DNA of 47,553 nt, taken from positions 1-47,553 of IMG/VR virus record IMGVR_UViG_3300020042_006843; one strand, 5' to 3'. Source of the DNA: a virus. Its lineage: Duplodnaviria > Caudoviricetes. The notes beneath the pieces are model-generated. The model was given only the letters and a program-made list of their open reading frames with translations, was not told the origin of the DNA and ran no database searches. Shown one piece after another: positions 1-9,380 of this stretch (positions within the stretch are counted from its first letter, which is position 1; each line of letters starts with the position of its first letter). Position numbers and translations under genes: made by a program.

Positions 1-22
1 AAGATATAAAACATGTGCTCAT
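1..22 (-). CDS. 5' end of major tail protein, copy A (truncated by window edge)
   Basis: Reverse complement ATG AGC ACA TGT TTT ATA TCT = MSTCFIS. This matches the copy B start MSTCFIN (33074) at the same position downstream of the capsid gene. Confidence 0.8.
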
Positions 23-35
23 AATATATGTGTTT

Positions 36-102
36 GGGGGACTACCCCCTTTATTTTTTTATTTGTTTATTTTTTTTAAAAGGGGGATTTTACTCCCCCC
101 TT
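36..102 (-). terminator. Two GC hairpins between capsid and major tail gene (terminator/attenuator-like)
   Basis: GGGGG-acta-CCCCC at 36-49 and GGGGGA-ttttac-TCCCCC at 82-99 next to an A run. Copy B has one equivalent hairpin at 33111-33129. Confidence 0.55.
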
Positions 103-117
103 AATATTTTTCTTAGA

Positions 118-1089
118 TTATGCTAAGTTGTTAGTTGCGAAGTATACAGTTGAACCGAATAACGCGATTTGAGCACCATAGTTATAGTTAGCTCTTAAAC
201 GTAATTCATCAAAGTCCTTTGAATACCATATTACTAGCTTTTCGTGATCTCCGAGCAAATCAAATCCCACCACAAAATATTCTGCTGGTCCGATAACAAC
301 TTTGTTAGAAGCGTTCAATCCGATTGTAGGGATTACCTTAACGTTAGTGTTAGGGTGAACAGCTTCCATGTTACCAGTGATTTCAGAAGAACCAATGTAG
401 TTACTGAAGAAGTTTGCTTTAGTTAATGCTTGTACATAAACACGGAAGTTAGCGTATGACATAAACACACGTAAATCTTCTCTTGACATTGCGTCATCAG
501 ATAATGCGTTAATTAAGTTATCTACTTCTGTGATAGGGTTACCTGCAGTACCGTATGCTACTGAGTTAGAGAATGTAGTACCACTTGAGTTACCTACACC
601 TGTAGTTCCTGTTACGATTAATGATTTGAAACCATTGAAACAATCACCACCACCTGTAGTTGCTTGCCATAATTTTTGCTCAATTCTTTGTTGAATTTGT
701 TTTACCTTAAGGTCAGCAATTTGTTGTTCAAATGGAACAGTTTCTTGAGTTTGACCTGGTTGCATTAACATTGACTGATAAGTGTCAAATAAGTCTTGGT
801 AACATAATGCTTCATTATATTTCTCAGGACAAGTTGTAATGTTTCTTTGTGTAAAAGTGGTAGTTGTACCTGTTGGAGGAGACCATCCACACTCACCTGC
901 TTGGAACACAACGGTTGAATTTAATAGGTTCAATGCTTGTGTACCTTTGATACCTAATCTTACGTTAACATATTTTGGAGTTGTTGCACCAATAAGTGCT
1001 TTTGATAATAATTCTCCACCAACTTGGTCTACATATGAACCAATAGTTGCTACGTCATACGAAAAGTTTTCTTTCTTTAAAAATTTCAT
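118..1089 (-). CDS. Major capsid protein, copy A
   Basis: 323 aa, downstream of protease and scaffold, upstream of the major tail gene. Clear paralog of 33149-34132 (shared KAL.GATT, FQAG.CGW, GGDCFNG.K, YSKDFD). Confidence 0.8.
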   Translation of the reverse strand: MKFLKKENFSYDVATIGSYVDQVGGELLSKALIGATTPKYVNVRLGIKGTQALNLLNSTVVFQAGECGWSPPTGTTTTFTQRNITTCPEKYNEALCYQDLFDTYQSMLMQPGQTQETVPFEQQIADLKVKQIQQRIEQKLWQATTGGGDCFNGFKSLIVTGTTGVGNSSGTTFSNSVAYGTAGNPITEVDNLINALSDDAMSREDLRVFMSYANFRVYVQALTKANFFSNYIGSSEITGNMEAVHPNTNVKVIPTIGLNASNKVVIGPAEYFVVGFDLLGDHEKLVIWYSKDFDELRLRANYNYGAQIALFGSTVYFATNNLA

Positions 1090-1114
1090 AATTTTATTTT
1101 TTTTAATTTTTTAT

Positions 1115-1864
1115 TTATTTTTTTCTCATTGATGCAATTGCCGCTAATCTATCGGTCATTACATCATCTGAGCTATTTTGTTTATTAAAATCTGTTTTAC
1201 CATCAGATATTTTCTTACCTGCTGGTTCTTTTTTGAATGAGTTAAATTCAGCTTTCACTTCTTCAACCTTATCTTCCATGTCTTTCATTTTCTGAGATAC
1301 TTTTTCCATCATATCTTTTAATAATGAAACAATTTCTTTGATAGGATCTTCTTCAACTTCTTCTTCTTTAACTACTTCTTCTTCCATTTCTTTGTCTTTG
1401 TAGCCCGCTTCAACTTTTTCTTCAATCTTAGCGATAACACCTTCCTTGGTTTCTACCTTCATACCACCTTCTAATTCGTGTACACCATCTGGTGCAGGTA
1501 TTTCACCTTCTTCGGTTACTACAACAACTTTAGCGCCTTCAACTACTGAGTCACCCTCAACTTTAATTTGGGTTCCGTCTACTAATTTAGCGTCAACAAA
1601 AATTTGTTTTACTGATTTGATTTCACCGTCTTTAACTTGTATTTCAAAGTTTTCAACTAATCTATACTTACCAGTTTCTAATGCAACTCTTTCAAACTCG
1701 TCGTTTAACTTGGTGATTTTACTACCAACTTCAAGTTTAAGGGTTTCAAAAATGGTATTGTCTTCAGTTTTAAATGAAGCCATTATAGGTTCGTCAGACA
1801 TAAAACCAAATTGTACCATCAATTTTTTGATTTCTTGGATTGCTGTTTTTGGATTTTTTGACAT
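1115..1864 (-). CDS. Capsid scaffold protein, copy A
   Basis: Acidic, APDG.HEL motif, C-terminal coiled coil, between protease and capsid. Paralog of 34160-34894. Confidence 0.7.
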   Translation of the reverse strand: MSKNPKTAIQEIKKLMVQFGFMSDEPIMASFKTEDNTIFETLKLEVGSKITKLNDEFERVALETGKYRLVENFEIQVKDGEIKSVKQIFVDAKLVDGTQIKVEGDSVVEGAKVVVVTEEGEIPAPDGVHELEGGMKVETKEGVIAKIEEKVEAGYKDKEMEEEVVKEEEVEEDPIKEIVSLLKDMMEKVSQKMKDMEDKVEEVKAEFNSFKKEPAGKKISDGKTDFNKQNSSDDVMTDRLAAIASMRKK

Positions 1865-1901
1865 AATCTTAAATTGTTTTTTTTTATTCTTCTTATACTA
1901 T

Positions 1902-1909
1902 TAAATATA
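1902..1909 (-). promoter_or_regulatory. TATATTTA motif (putative late promoter -7 element)
   Basis: 37 nt upstream of the scaffold ATG; same motif and spacing in copy B (34932-34939). Confidence 0.55.
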
Positions 1910-1933
1910 AATGTTTATATATATTCCCAAATC

Positions 1934-3664
1934 TTATTTTATGGTCTTCAATATCTTAACTACTTCCTGTAAGAACATGTGTTCTCTTGCAAAATCTGCT
2001 ATCTCTTCAAAGAATCCTGAGACACTAAAACCTTTTAATTCTCCATTCTTTACCTTCTTCCAAACTTCGTCATTACGTACCTTCATTGATACAAACCAAG
2101 TACCTACAGGTAAATTACCATAACCATACTTGTTTGATTTATCTTCCTTATCTTCCTTAATCCAACTCTCAACCACATACACATCTGATACCGCCTTACC
2201 GTTATGGTTCTCATCATTGTTATCAATGTACTTGTTTCTCATGTACTTCTCCGCAATCATCTTGATTGTGTTAGCACTAAAATAAACATAGTATGGATTA
2301 CCGAGTAAATCTTTACGGAATATCTTAAGGTCAGGTATCATTGCTGGTCCCACAACCATTTTCTTTTCGTCATCGGTTTGGAACTTTTGTTTTGACATGT
2401 TGGTTTTGTTAATCTCTTCCAATTTGTTGGATGCCCATTCAATACCTGCTGTACCTCCCCAAGCGTCCCACATAAGACCACCACAACCCTCTGAGTATGG
2501 TACGTCTTTATTCTGTGCATGTCTTGCAAATGATGCCATTCTTGATATGGTTTCTTCTGAGATTGGTTCACCCTTAGCAAGTTGATTTGCTCTAGCTTTA
2601 CCAACAGGTGTTCCACAAGAACCCCATCCGTTTTTCTCAACCCAATCTAATGCTCTCTGAGCTGCGGTTCTTACACTTTCAGGATAATCTGTATAACTTT
2701 CAAATGCAATAGATTTTGATACGGTATCACCTGATACTTGGTCAACATAAGATGGTAAACCACCTACGTCATAACCCATATCATATTCAGGTGCGTTGTC
2801 ATAACCACACTTATGACAAACATAAGCATCTTCACCACCATCTTCCATATCCCAACTATGTCCACATTTTTTACAAACTATAACTGTTACAGATAATTCA
2901 TCTGCGTGATATAGATATACACTATCTTCTGTATGTACCGCACCTGTCATTAATCTACCACTAGCATCTTTATGTGTTGGTCCTTCGTATAATTTACCGT
3001 CTTCTGTATAATGTGGTATACCTACTGCGAATGATGCTTTACCTGGCACTCTTGTATCAGGTTGAGGTAATCCCATAATATCATAACTTTCAGCACCATC
3101 TATTCTCCCTTTTGTAATTGACGCTTTATTAACTATTGTTGCATCACGTCTATACTCTATTTTTTTCCATTCATGACGACAATTATATGATCCTCTCCAT
3201 ACCATGGCGGAACTTCCTAAATCGTTTGTAATACGTTCTAAATCCTCAACACGATATACCAAGTTCTTATTTAATAAGTCCTTACAAAATTCTCTTGTTG
3301 TTTCTTTAATCGGAGCACCTGATGCTTGAGGATTTAATACATATTTGTATCTAATTAATCTTTCCTCTGTATCTTCAAAAGAAGGTGCGTTTGGTGATGA
3401 AGTAATAAAATCTTCTTTTACATGTTCCCAACCATCATTGAATAAATCTTCTTCAGGATGACCTTTCTCAATAATCATGGATGAAAACTTTATGTCTTCA
3501 CCGTCAGGAATGTTGAAACATTCTTCAGTTGCTGAGTGTTTATGTTTGTTAAACGCAACCCAATTTACTTCAATTGCAGGTTCATCGACTAAAGATATAC
3601 TATCAATTCCTGATATATCATCATCTTCGTCAATCCTTAATTCATATACTTTTTCTTTGCTCAT
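1934..3664 (-). CDS. Prohead protease (XkdF/Peptidase_S78-like) with inserted passenger modules, copy A
   Basis: C-terminal VVGPAMIPD...ENH...VESW...PVGTWFVSMKV...ELKGFSVSG and N-terminal ISLVDEPAIE. Internal modules include C..NCRH, a Zn ribbon and GWGSCGT. Confidence 0.8.
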   Translation of the reverse strand: MSKEKVYELRIDEDDDISGIDSISLVDEPAIEVNWVAFNKHKHSATEECFNIPDGEDIKFSSMIIEKGHPEEDLFNDGWEHVKEDFITSSPNAPSFEDTEERLIRYKYVLNPQASGAPIKETTREFCKDLLNKNLVYRVEDLERITNDLGSSAMVWRGSYNCRHEWKKIEYRRDATIVNKASITKGRIDGAESYDIMGLPQPDTRVPGKASFAVGIPHYTEDGKLYEGPTHKDASGRLMTGAVHTEDSVYLYHADELSVTVIVCKKCGHSWDMEDGGEDAYVCHKCGYDNAPEYDMGYDVGGLPSYVDQVSGDTVSKSIAFESYTDYPESVRTAAQRALDWVEKNGWGSCGTPVGKARANQLAKGEPISEETISRMASFARHAQNKDVPYSEGCGGLMWDAWGGTAGIEWASNKLEEINKTNMSKQKFQTDDEKKMVVGPAMIPDLKIFRKDLLGNPYYVYFSANTIKMIAEKYMRNKYIDNNDENHNGKAVSDVYVVESWIKEDKEDKSNKYGYGNLPVGTWFVSMKVRNDEVWKKVKNGELKGFSVSGFFEEIADFAREHMFLQEVVKILKTIK

Positions 3665-3669
3665 ATTAT

Positions 3670-3677
3670 TAAATATA
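3670..3677 (-). promoter_or_regulatory. TATATTTA motif 5 nt before protease ATG
   Basis: Recurrent motif with fixed spacing (also 9369, 40640). Confidence 0.55.
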
Positions 3678-3681
3678 AATT

Positions 3682-6399
3682 TTACAGAGTTGATAAGTCC
3701 TTTAGACGGGCCTGTTTTTCACTCTCCGATGTTAGTTCGTTTGAAACGACATATGTTTTCATAATCATAGGTGATTGTTCTTGTGCTGGTTGTGATACCG
3801 CAGCTGCGTCAGGTCTTACTCCCGCTGTTGCTCCAGATGAGAATGATGTTCCACCACCCATTTGATTCATCATACTTAACATTGGTGCAAACATGGTTAC
3901 CGCACCTCTTGTCATTATTGCTTCACCCACCTCCGCTTCAATCAATGTTCCTCCTTGAGCATGTCTTCTTCCACCTATCATTCCACCCTTCTCATAGTTT
4001 CTACCCAAGTTTGGTGCAGACGCACCACCTGCTGAACCACCACCTCCGCCTGTTGAACTTTGATATTGTTGTGCTTTAATTGCATCAATTTGTTTTTTAC
4101 CAAATATTAAAGCTGCAGCTGCAGCAATACCACCTAAATATGGTCCAACAACAGGTATTACCGCTAACGAAGAAAAGGCCGATATTGCTGATTGCAACAT
4201 ACCAATTGTGGCTTGTGCAATCTGTGTCTTTTTGTTTTTCTCAAAATACTTTTCCTTAATCTTATCTTCCTCTTCCTTATTACCTTTAACTGCATCAAGT
4301 TCATTTTGCATTGCAAGTTGATTGGCTTGTGAAGCCATACCAACAATATTATTGATACTTGATAATATTTTACCACCAAATTCAAGATAATCATTTAATT
4401 GTAATTCACTAATCGCCTTAGTATCCTCAGTTGCTTTATCTTTTAGTGCTTTAATATCATCTTGTAATTTCTGTTCAATTGCAAGTATTGCTGCAGCATC
4501 ACCTTCTTTCTTTGCTTTCTCATCAGCAGCAGCTTGAGTTAATGCGTCTATATCTTTCTTTAAAGCAACAGCAATAATTTGTCTCTTATTATCGTAATAA
4601 CTTTCTGTTCCTCTAACTAAACTTTCACCTTTGATTTGAAGTAATTTTAATTCATCATCATAAGCCTTTTGTTTTTTATCAAATTCTTCTTTATTTTCTT
4701 GTGTAGTAATTCCAGCAAGTTGAATACCCAATGCCTTTTTACCATCTATTAAAGCTTGGTCATATTCTTTTTGTGTAATCAATCCGTCATCTAATGCTTT
4801 CTTTAATGCCGCCTTATCCTTTTCAAATTGTTTCTCTTTTTCTTTTCTTTCTTTTTCAAATTGATTACTAATAGAATTAACTTCAAATTCACCAATCTTT
4901 TCTAATACACCTTTTCTTTCTTGTTGTCTTTGTTCTTCCTTCTTCGCCTCATTTTTGTTAAACTCGTCTTTTGCTTCTAACTTTTTTTGGTCAGCAATCT
5001 TTTGAACATTTAATATTGCATCTTGTCTTTTCTTTTCATACTTAGGACTAATGTCCATGGCAGCAATCTCTCTCTTTTCCGCATCCGCAGCGTTTTGAAT
5101 TTCTTGTTGTTTTCTTTCTAACTCACCTGTTGTTTGAACCGCAGTTAAGTCGTCTTGTAATTTCTTTGCCTTTTCTAAAAGTTGAGTATCTTGTTTTTCT
5201 TTTGGTGTTCCACCTGTTTTTGGAGGTTCAGCAAGACCTTTCTTTAATGTCTTATCATTTTCAATTGCTTGATTAATAAGTTTATCACCTTCTGCCGCAA
5301 AGTCGTTTGCGGTTTTTAAATTTTTACCAATATTCTTTGAATAGGTCTCAATATTCGCAACTGCAAATCCAGCAATATTACCACCTGTTTTTATATAGTT
5401 TAAAGCTTGATCCCAAAAATCTGGTTCCAAACCTTCACCACTAATATTCTTAGCGGCAGCTTCAGCAGATTTTGCGTAGAATATTTGAGCTTGTGCTCTT
5501 AATTTAATTGATTGTATAACTGCGCCAGTGTTTGCTGTCATCAACGCTTCCGCTTGTTCTAACGAACCAGCATAACCAACAGTTTTTCCTAACTTATCAT
5601 TATATTCTTTTAGAGCGTCCTTTTTAGAAACAGTACCTTTTCTTGCTCCTTCTAATGATGCTTTAACCTCAAGTAACTTAACATTAAAATCTGTTACATC
5701 TTTGGTTACTTGTTTCTGTGCATCATCATACGCTCTTGTTTTATCTGTAGCACCTGTAAGTGCATCACTAATATCATCCCAATAAGCGATAAGTGCAGCA
5801 AGACCCGCAAGTAAAAGTCCGATACCAATTGCTTTAAGTGCTGTACCTAAACCAATTGTTGCAACTTCTGCAGCCTCAGTTGCTACTGTTTGTCCTTGTG
5901 TTGCAACGGTTTGAGCTTTAGTTGATGTTGTTGCAGCAGTTTCAGCAACCGCTAACTCAGCGGTCGCAATTGTCTCAGCTTCAGTAATTGCAGTATTTGC
6001 CGCTTGAACTTCATTTAGTCCAATTAAGTTCTTTCCAATATCAGCAACATCACTAGCGGATTCACCTAATTGAAAACTTAAATCTTTTAAACTAAAAGAT
6101 GTGAAAGTCTTTAATAAATCTATACTACCCGATAGTTGTCCAAAAAACTCACCAACAGGACCAGGTAATAAAGATAGTGATGTAAATAAGTCTTTCGACT
6201 TAGCACTTGTTTTTGACAAACCATCCTGAACATCACCTAATCTATTTGATAATAATTTAAACGCTTCAGGGTCAGATGTTTTACGTAACTCCGCAGTTAA
6301 CGCTTTCGCCTGTTGTTGAAGGTTTAGTGTTTTATCAATTGCAACATCAATGGCTTTACCGTTAACGTCATATATAATCTCAATTTTCTTTGCTGCCAT
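3682..6399 (-). CDS. Tape measure protein, copy A
   Basis: 905 aa, Ala/Lys/Glu helical with hydrophobic segments. The C-terminus (YEKGG...GEAIMTRGAVTMF...TYVVS...QARLKDLSTL) is shared with 37068-39668. Confidence 0.85.
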   Translation of the reverse strand: MAAKKIEIIYDVNGKAIDVAIDKTLNLQQQAKALTAELRKTSDPEAFKLLSNRLGDVQDGLSKTSAKSKDLFTSLSLLPGPVGEFFGQLSGSIDLLKTFTSFSLKDLSFQLGESASDVADIGKNLIGLNEVQAANTAITEAETIATAELAVAETAATTSTKAQTVATQGQTVATEAAEVATIGLGTALKAIGIGLLLAGLAALIAYWDDISDALTGATDKTRAYDDAQKQVTKDVTDFNVKLLEVKASLEGARKGTVSKKDALKEYNDKLGKTVGYAGSLEQAEALMTANTGAVIQSIKLRAQAQIFYAKSAEAAAKNISGEGLEPDFWDQALNYIKTGGNIAGFAVANIETYSKNIGKNLKTANDFAAEGDKLINQAIENDKTLKKGLAEPPKTGGTPKEKQDTQLLEKAKKLQDDLTAVQTTGELERKQQEIQNAADAEKREIAAMDISPKYEKKRQDAILNVQKIADQKKLEAKDEFNKNEAKKEEQRQQERKGVLEKIGEFEVNSISNQFEKERKEKEKQFEKDKAALKKALDDGLITQKEYDQALIDGKKALGIQLAGITTQENKEEFDKKQKAYDDELKLLQIKGESLVRGTESYYDNKRQIIAVALKKDIDALTQAAADEKAKKEGDAAAILAIEQKLQDDIKALKDKATEDTKAISELQLNDYLEFGGKILSSINNIVGMASQANQLAMQNELDAVKGNKEEEDKIKEKYFEKNKKTQIAQATIGMLQSAISAFSSLAVIPVVGPYLGGIAAAAALIFGKKQIDAIKAQQYQSSTGGGGGSAGGASAPNLGRNYEKGGMIGGRRHAQGGTLIEAEVGEAIMTRGAVTMFAPMLSMMNQMGGGTSFSSGATAGVRPDAAAVSQPAQEQSPMIMKTYVVSNELTSESEKQARLKDLSTL

Positions 6400-6400
6400 G

Positions 6401-6601
6401 TTACTCTAAACTTTCTTTTAATTGATGTTGAAATGATTTCTCCAACAAAGTTTTATCACCTACTAAATAATGAATTGAACTAAAATCTAATTCTGTTTTT
6501 GAAAACATGTATTTTGATATTTCTAATTCTTCATTAAAATTGGTTAACGATATGTTTTCCATATCTAATTTTTGGTCGTCTAAATAAATTTCTATATTCA
6601 T
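6401..6601 (-). CDS. Hypothetical 66-aa protein (copy A only)
   Basis: Fills the gap between neighbours in operon orientation; no counterpart seen in copy B. Confidence 0.55.
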   Translation of the reverse strand: MNIEIYLDDQKLDMENISLTNFNEELEISKYMFSKTELDFSSIHYLVGDKTLLEKSFQHQLKESLE

Positions 6602-6611
6602 GTTCTATATT

Positions 6612-7604
6612 TTATACACACGCAGTACTACATAATGAGTACATGCTTAATGTTATTGTATTTCCTATATCACCACTAACTACTGTATAGACAGAGGTGA
6701 ATAAACTTGTATTACCATCAGCACAAGCTGCGTCGGTTAGTTGTACCCTATTAGATATAGTATATGCGTTGGCCTTTATATTAGGATTTGAACATCCGTT
6801 AGCTATCACTTCACAGTTCACAGTATCACCCACAGCTAATGTATAAGTTCCACTTGATGTACTAAATCTATTTTCAATCACATTACCATTTACATATAGA
6901 TACATTTCACCATCGGTGTTAGTCTCAGTATAGTTCCAATTCAGTGTTACTCCACCTGTTGATGTTGGACTTGGAGTTGGTGATGATGTCGGTGTTGGTG
7001 TCAACGTACCTGTTACTGTAGGAGTTGGTGTGAACGTTCCTGTTATTGTAGGTGTAGGAGTTGGTGTACCTGTCATCGTTGGTGTTGGTCCTAAACCTGA
7101 AGCTGTTGGACTTGGAGATGGAGTTGGTGTTGGTCCTGATGTAACTGATGTGGTTACACATATTGGAAAAACCGCCCTATGACCAATCATCCTAACTTCA
7201 AAGTAATATGTTCCTGCAACAAATGATGTCACACCAATCATGGATGGTGTAACCGTAAATGTCTCACTAAAACTATTAGTTGTTGAACCCGTTGAAATAC
7301 TTTTGTTATATACACATGACCATGGTCTATAATAATTCTGTGTTCTACCCATCATGTGGACAGAGAATATATTAACAGTTCCTGATTGATTTATATAGGG
7401 TTCTGCACCATTCAAACTCCATGTACCTGACATGTTTATTGTAATACTACTTGATGATGTCAATACACCTGTAAAATTAGTTACTGTACCTGATACAGAA
7501 TAATTGTTTATGTCATGAACTATCTCCAAATCATATTCGGATACCGTATTGTTTGGGTAAACAAAATTCTGACTTAATAACTCACTTATATATTTTCTAC
7601 TCAT
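6612..7604 (-). CDS. Virion appendage protein: conserved anchor, Pro/Thr linker, variable beta domain (copy A)
   Basis: N-terminal ~155 aa homologous to 39726-40634 (MSRKYIS, HDIN, SVHM, YY.PW.C, GTYY.E.R.IG); TPTPTP tract; unrelated C-terminus. Confidence 0.65.
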   Translation of the reverse strand: MSRKYISELLSQNFVYPNNTVSEYDLEIVHDINNYSVSGTVTNFTGVLTSSSSITINMSGTWSLNGAEPYINQSGTVNIFSVHMMGRTQNYYRPWSCVYNKSISTGSTTNSFSETFTVTPSMIGVTSFVAGTYYFEVRMIGHRAVFPICVTTSVTSGPTPTPSPSPTASGLGPTPTMTGTPTPTPTITGTFTPTPTVTGTLTPTPTSSPTPSPTSTGGVTLNWNYTETNTDGEMYLYVNGNVIENRFSTSSGTYTLAVGDTVNCEVIANGCSNPNIKANAYTISNRVQLTDAACADGNTSLFTSVYTVVSGDIGNTITLSMYSLCSTACV

Positions 7605-7611
7605 AATTTAA

Positions 7612-9363
7612 TTAACATTTTAAAAGTACTCCTGTATTATCTAAAATTCCATATCCACCATTTGTTAAAGTTGTTGCAGGATTATTATATCCAATAGTAG
7701 TTGTTGAGAATGGTGAATAAGTAAACGCAATAACATAGTTACCGTTTATATCTACAGCAATTTTATTAACTGCCCAAGTTCTAACGGTTAAATCAAGAGG
7801 TGTTGTATCCCATGTTCCACCATAAGTACCATCTATTGCACCAATTGAATCAACTTTAAATACACCTCTAACTTGATTACCATTATAAACAGGTCTTGGT
7901 AATAAATTATTTACTGAAGAACCAATTACAAATGAACCGCCCGAAGTTTCAATTGGTTTACAAATTGAACTTACTGGCTCATTTACTAAACCAAGTCCAA
8001 CATTAAATGTTGAATAAACAGTTCCGTCATTGTTTAACATTAAGATATTTTCACCACCACCTATGGTAGCTTTAAAAGTACCTCGTATTAATATCTTACT
8101 ACTTGAAGTATATAATATTGCAGATATATCATAAATTGTATAAAATGCCGCAACAGTAGTACTTCCTGAGAATGTAGTATCAACAGAACCCGTAGATGTA
8201 AATCTTATTATATTAGTATATGAACTACCTGAATAACCAGTGTAAGAACCATACATTATTATATTATTATCAGGTTGAATAGTTACACCATTTAACCATG
8301 GATAAGGACCACCTGAGAAACCTGTACTAGTTCCACCACTATAGAATGATGTATCAATTGAACCAGTAGATGTTAATCTAACATACTTTTCATATATTGA
8401 ACTATTAATTGTTGTGAATGAACCTACAGCAATAATTTTACCATCACTTTGTACGTCAAAATCTTGTATAGTATTTAAACCTGATGTAACTCCAAAAATG
8501 TTTTGTGTAAATCCTGCATCAACACTTCCATCTGAATTATATTGTCTTAAATTTTTTCCTGATGTTGATCTACCCGCAATAATAATTTTTCCACTTGGTA
8601 ATTCTTTAACTCTTCTAATTGATAACCAATCATTTGATGTATCAAGTGTAAAACCACCATTAATTGTTAATCCCGTATTATTATTTAATTTAACATAACT
8701 TCCAATACTTGTTCCTCCATAAGTCATTCCACTTGAGTTTCCACCAAAAATATAACTATAATCATTTGTCTGTATTACATCTAATAATCCTGAATAACTT
8801 GAACCACTAAAGATTGTTGTTAAATTATAACATCCAATTGACGGTAAAGTAGGAGTAGGGGTAGGTGTACCTGTTACCGTTGGTGTAGGTGTTGCTGTAC
8901 CTGTCATCGTTGGAGATGGGGTTGGTGATGGTGCAGGTGTTGCGGTAAATGTAGGAGTTGGTACAGGTGTTGCACTTGGTGTTGCCGTTGGATAAGGTGT
9001 TGGAGGTACCAAAGTATTCTCCAATCTATATTCAAAATCATAAGCAGAATTTACTGTTGTTGCAGTAAATGTGTATGAAATTGTCGGAACACTAATTGCT
9101 ATAGTTGTATCTACGATACCATTATTACCACCTTCATCATCTGTTGTATAATCTCTTCTTACTAAATTTAGATATGAAATAAGAAGTGGACTTACATCCG
9201 TAAGTTCTATTCTTACCACATCACCCACATAAAGAGGACATGAATATAAATTAAATGATGTTAAATAAAGTCTTTTATTTATTACATTATTAACGTATAT
9301 ATCAATAAAATCTCCTGAAGTTTGGTCAAAGTTTGTTGTAGAAACTAATAGTTGTCCTCTCAT
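7612..9363 (-). CDS. Tail-associated protein with Pro/Thr linker and delta-60-like beta-propeller repeats
   Basis: Repeats QSDGKIIAVGSF, DGSVDAGF, TGSIDTSF, TGSVDTTF. Start moved from 9390 to ATG 9363, which removes the overlap with the upstream gene and places TATATTTA 5 nt upstream. Confidence 0.65.
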   Translation of the reverse strand: MRGQLLVSTTNFDQTSGDFIDIYVNNVINKRLYLTSFNLYSCPLYVGDVVRIELTDVSPLLISYLNLVRRDYTTDDEGGNNGIVDTTIAISVPTISYTFTATTVNSAYDFEYRLENTLVPPTPYPTATPSATPVPTPTFTATPAPSPTPSPTMTGTATPTPTVTGTPTPTPTLPSIGCYNLTTIFSGSSYSGLLDVIQTNDYSYIFGGNSSGMTYGGTSIGSYVKLNNNTGLTINGGFTLDTSNDWLSIRRVKELPSGKIIIAGRSTSGKNLRQYNSDGSVDAGFTQNIFGVTSGLNTIQDFDVQSDGKIIAVGSFTTINSSIYEKYVRLTSTGSIDTSFYSGGTSTGFSGGPYPWLNGVTIQPDNNIIMYGSYTGYSGSSYTNIIRFTSTGSVDTTFSGSTTVAAFYTIYDISAILYTSSSKILIRGTFKATIGGGENILMLNNDGTVYSTFNVGLGLVNEPVSSICKPIETSGGSFVIGSSVNNLLPRPVYNGNQVRGVFKVDSIGAIDGTYGGTWDTTPLDLTVRTWAVNKIAVDINGNYVIAFTYSPFSTTTIGYNNPATTLTNGGYGILDNTGVLLKC

Positions 9364-9368
9364 AATAT

Positions 9369-9376
9369 TAAATATA
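9369..9376 (-). promoter_or_regulatory. TATATTTA motif 5 nt before ATG 9363
   Basis: Same motif and spacing as 3670 and 40640. Confidence 0.55.
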
Positions 9377-9380
9377 AAAT

